Assembly (NCBI GenBank): GCA_964615205.1
Contig: CAZTQA010000001.1
Span: 510 to 64,509 of the forward strand
From: an uncultured Candidatus Saccharibacteria bacterium
GTDB taxonomy: Bacteria; Patescibacteriota; Minisyncoccia; Minisyncoccales; JAGMDC01
Direction of reading: 5' to 3'
Length of the DNA: 64,000 bases
The first letter of the stretch is position 1. Every line of letters begins with the position of its first letter. Shown one piece after another: positions 62,363 to 64,000 of this stretch. A program made the position numbers and the translations under genes. Below the pieces are notes generated by a model, which was not told the DNA's origin, did not search any database, and was given only the letters and a program-made list of their open reading frames with translations.

Positions 62363-62554
62363 ATGGGCTTTAGAGAGGTGATTAAGGAAGAACTAATGAA
62401 AAGAAAGAGACTGTTGAAAAGTGAGGTCATGGAAATAGCGGAAAAACTAGGCGTAAGCGATCCCCTTAGAGTTATCGCAGCTCTTTTGAACGATAGATTT
62501 ATTGATTCTTGCCTTAACTACCAACACGGTGAGGCAGAATATTATTTAATATAG
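62363..62554 (+). CDS. Small hypothetical protein (63 aa)
   Basis: SD AAGGGGG 7 nt upstream. Followed by a strong terminator. No family recognised. Confidence 0.35.
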   Translation: MGFREVIKEELMKRKRLLKSEVMEIAEKLGVSDPLRVIAALLNDRFIDSCLNYQHGEAEYYLI

Positions 62555-62578
62555 ATTCTAATGGGGCAGATTTTTCCG

Positions 62579-62615
62579 CCCTTCTTTTTTTAATCTTGAA
62601 AAGAAGGGTTTTTTT
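62579..62615 (+). terminator. Rho-independent terminator
   Basis: CCCTTCTTTT-10 nt loop-AAAAGAAGGG followed by TTTTTTT. Confidence 0.75.
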
Positions 62616-62635
62616 ATATATGATGAAAATATATT

Positions 62636-64000
62636 ATGGAAAATTACGAGCCGCAAAAAATAGAAAAAAAGTGGCAGAAATTTTGGGAAAAAGAAAAATT
62701 ATTTCAGGCAGAGGATTTTTCTAAAGAGCCAAAATACTATGTTTTAATTGAATTTCCTTATCCTTCTGGATCTGGATTGCATGTTGGTCATTGCCGGAGT
62801 TACACAGCTTTGGATACAGTAGCCAGAAAAAAGAGAATGGAAGGATATAATGTTTTGTTTCCTATTGGCTGGGATGCTTTTGGTTTACCAGCTGAGAATT
62901 TCGCCATTAAAACTGGAGTTCATCCCAGCAAAACTACTGCCCAAAATATTGCCAATTACACTCGGCAGATAAAAAGCCTGGGATTGTCTTTTGATTGGTC
63001 CAGGGAAATTAATACCACTGATCCAAACTATTATAAATGGACTCAATGGATTTTTCTACAACTTTTCAAAAAGGGATTGGCTTATCAAGCGGAGATACCT
63101 GTTAATTGGTGTCCTTCCTGTAAGATAGGCTTAGCTAATGAGGAAGTAGTGGCTGGCAAATGCGAGAGATGCGGAGCAGTTGTAAGTAAAAAAACTTTGA
63201 AGCAGTGGATGTTAAAAATTACTCAATATGCAGATAGGTTGATAGATGATTTAAAAAAAGTTGATTATTTGGATAAAATTAAAACCCAGCAGATAAATTG
63301 GATCGGAAGAAGCGAGGGAGCAGAAATAAAATTCCCAGTCCCTGATTCTAAATCTGAAATTAAAGTATTTACCACTAGGTTGGATACTATTTTTGGCGTG
63401 ACAGCTTTAGTTTTGGCGCCTGAACATAAATTAGCCCAAAAATTGGTTACTGAAAAGAACAAAGAAAAAGTCAACAAATATATTAAAGAATCCCAAAAGA
63501 AAAGTGAATTTGAGAGAACAGAATTAGAAAAAGAAAAAACGGGTGTTTTTACTGGTTCTTATTGTATCAATCCGGTTAACAATGAAAAAGTGCCTATTTG
63601 GACAGGTGATTATGTGGTAGCCAGTTATGGTGGAGGAGCAGTTATGGTGGTTCCAGCTCATGACAAACGAGATTATGAATTTGCTAAGAAATATGGATTG
63701 GAAATAAAAGAAGTTGTCTCTGGAGGAGATATCTCCAAAGAGGCTTTTGTGGATTATGGTGTTTTAGTTAATTCAGATAGGTTTAATGGATTAAAATCAG
63801 AAAAAGCAACAGAAAAAATCAGAGATTGGCTGGAGAAAAAAGATTTAGCTGAAAAAGCTATCCATTACAAGTTGAGGGACTGGATTTTTTCCAGACAGCA
63901 TTACTGGGGCGAGCCTATTCCAATTATCCATTGTCCTAAATGCGGAGCTGTGCCAGTGCCAGGAAAAGATTTGCCTGTAGAACTTCCTTATATTAAAAAA
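62636..64000 (+). CDS. leuS: Leucyl-tRNA synthetase, 3'-truncated by the window edge (absent from the ORF track because no stop is reached)
   Basis: ATG at 62636 gives MENYEPQKIEKKWQKFWEKEKLF...FPYPSGSGLHVGHCRSYTALD (HIGH), WDAFGLPAEN, NWCPSCKIGLANEEV..CERCG, TTRLDTIFGVTALVLAPEH. The frame stays open to nt 64000. Confidence 0.9.
   Translation, partial: MENYEPQKIEKKWQKFWEKEKLFQAEDFSKEPKYYVLIEFPYPSGSGLHVGHCRSYTALDTVARKKRMEGYNVLFPIGWDAFGLPAENFAIKTGVHPSKTTAQNIANYTRQIKSLGLSFDWSREINTTDPNYYKWTQWIFLQLFKKGLAYQAEIPVNWCPSCKIGLANEEVVAGKCERCGAVVSKKTLKQWMLKITQYADRLIDDLKKVDYLDKIKTQQINWIGRSEGAEIKFPVPDSKSEIKVFTTRLDTIFGVTALVLAPEHKLAQKLVTEKNKEKVNKYIKESQKKSEFERTELEKEKTGVFTGSYCINPVNNEKVPIWTGDYVVASYGGGAVMVVPAHDKRDYEFAKKYGLEIKEVVSGGDISKEAFVDYGVLVNSDRFNGLKSEKATEKIRDWLEKKDLAEKAIHYKLRDWIFSRQHYWGEPIPIIHCPKCGAVPVPGKDLPVELPYIKK

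Noticed and set aside
1-64000. Scan for CRISPR arrays, rRNA genes, transposases/integrases, prophage blocks and group I/II introns
   Set aside because: No spaced direct-repeat arrays, no rRNA-like conserved stretches and no DDE/tyrosine/serine recombinase-like ORFs were seen. All remaining ORF-track entries shorter than about 100 aa that lie antisense to the annotated genes were treated as shadow ORFs.

Overview
Low-GC, gene-dense bacterial window using the standard genetic code. Content: a bacterial core (nusA, clpP, rny, hup, infC-rpmI-rplT, smpB plus tmRNA), type IV pilus parts, a 2215-aa surface protein, seven aminoacyl-tRNA synthetases, two histidine kinase/receiver pairs, several archaeal-type enzymes (Elp3, EndoQ, geranylgeranyl reductase, UbiA-type prenyltransferase, PP-loop and HPS-like proteins) and almost no biosynthesis. 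By inference this resembles a Candidate Phyla Radiation/Patescibacteria genome. No rRNA, CRISPR array, transposase or integrase was seen. RNA genes found by eye and absent from the ORF track are tRNA-Gly(UCC), tRNA-Pro(UGG), tRNA-Arg(CCG) and a 347-nt tmRNA wedged between smpB and infC; the tmRNA accounts for a spurious 66-aa ORF and a false N-terminal extension of infC. leuS runs off the 3' edge and is also missing from the track. The most unusual items are: (1) a complete, apparently autocleavage-competent LexA fused in frame to a beta-class DNA methyltransferase, convergent with a candidate restriction gene and next to two tRNA genes; (2) an intact histidine-phosphatase (PGAM-like) domain inserted inside IleRS; (3) four individually promoted and terminated mini-gene cassettes between smpB and argS; (4) a visibly GC-richer two-gene island of secreted proteins dense in N-x-S/T sequons; (5) an archaeal-lipid-like isoprenoid gene trio; (6) a giant surface protein built from a duplicated module of about 980 aa. 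Coordinates of features I located by eye may be off by 1-2 nt. All family assignments come from motif recognition, not searches.
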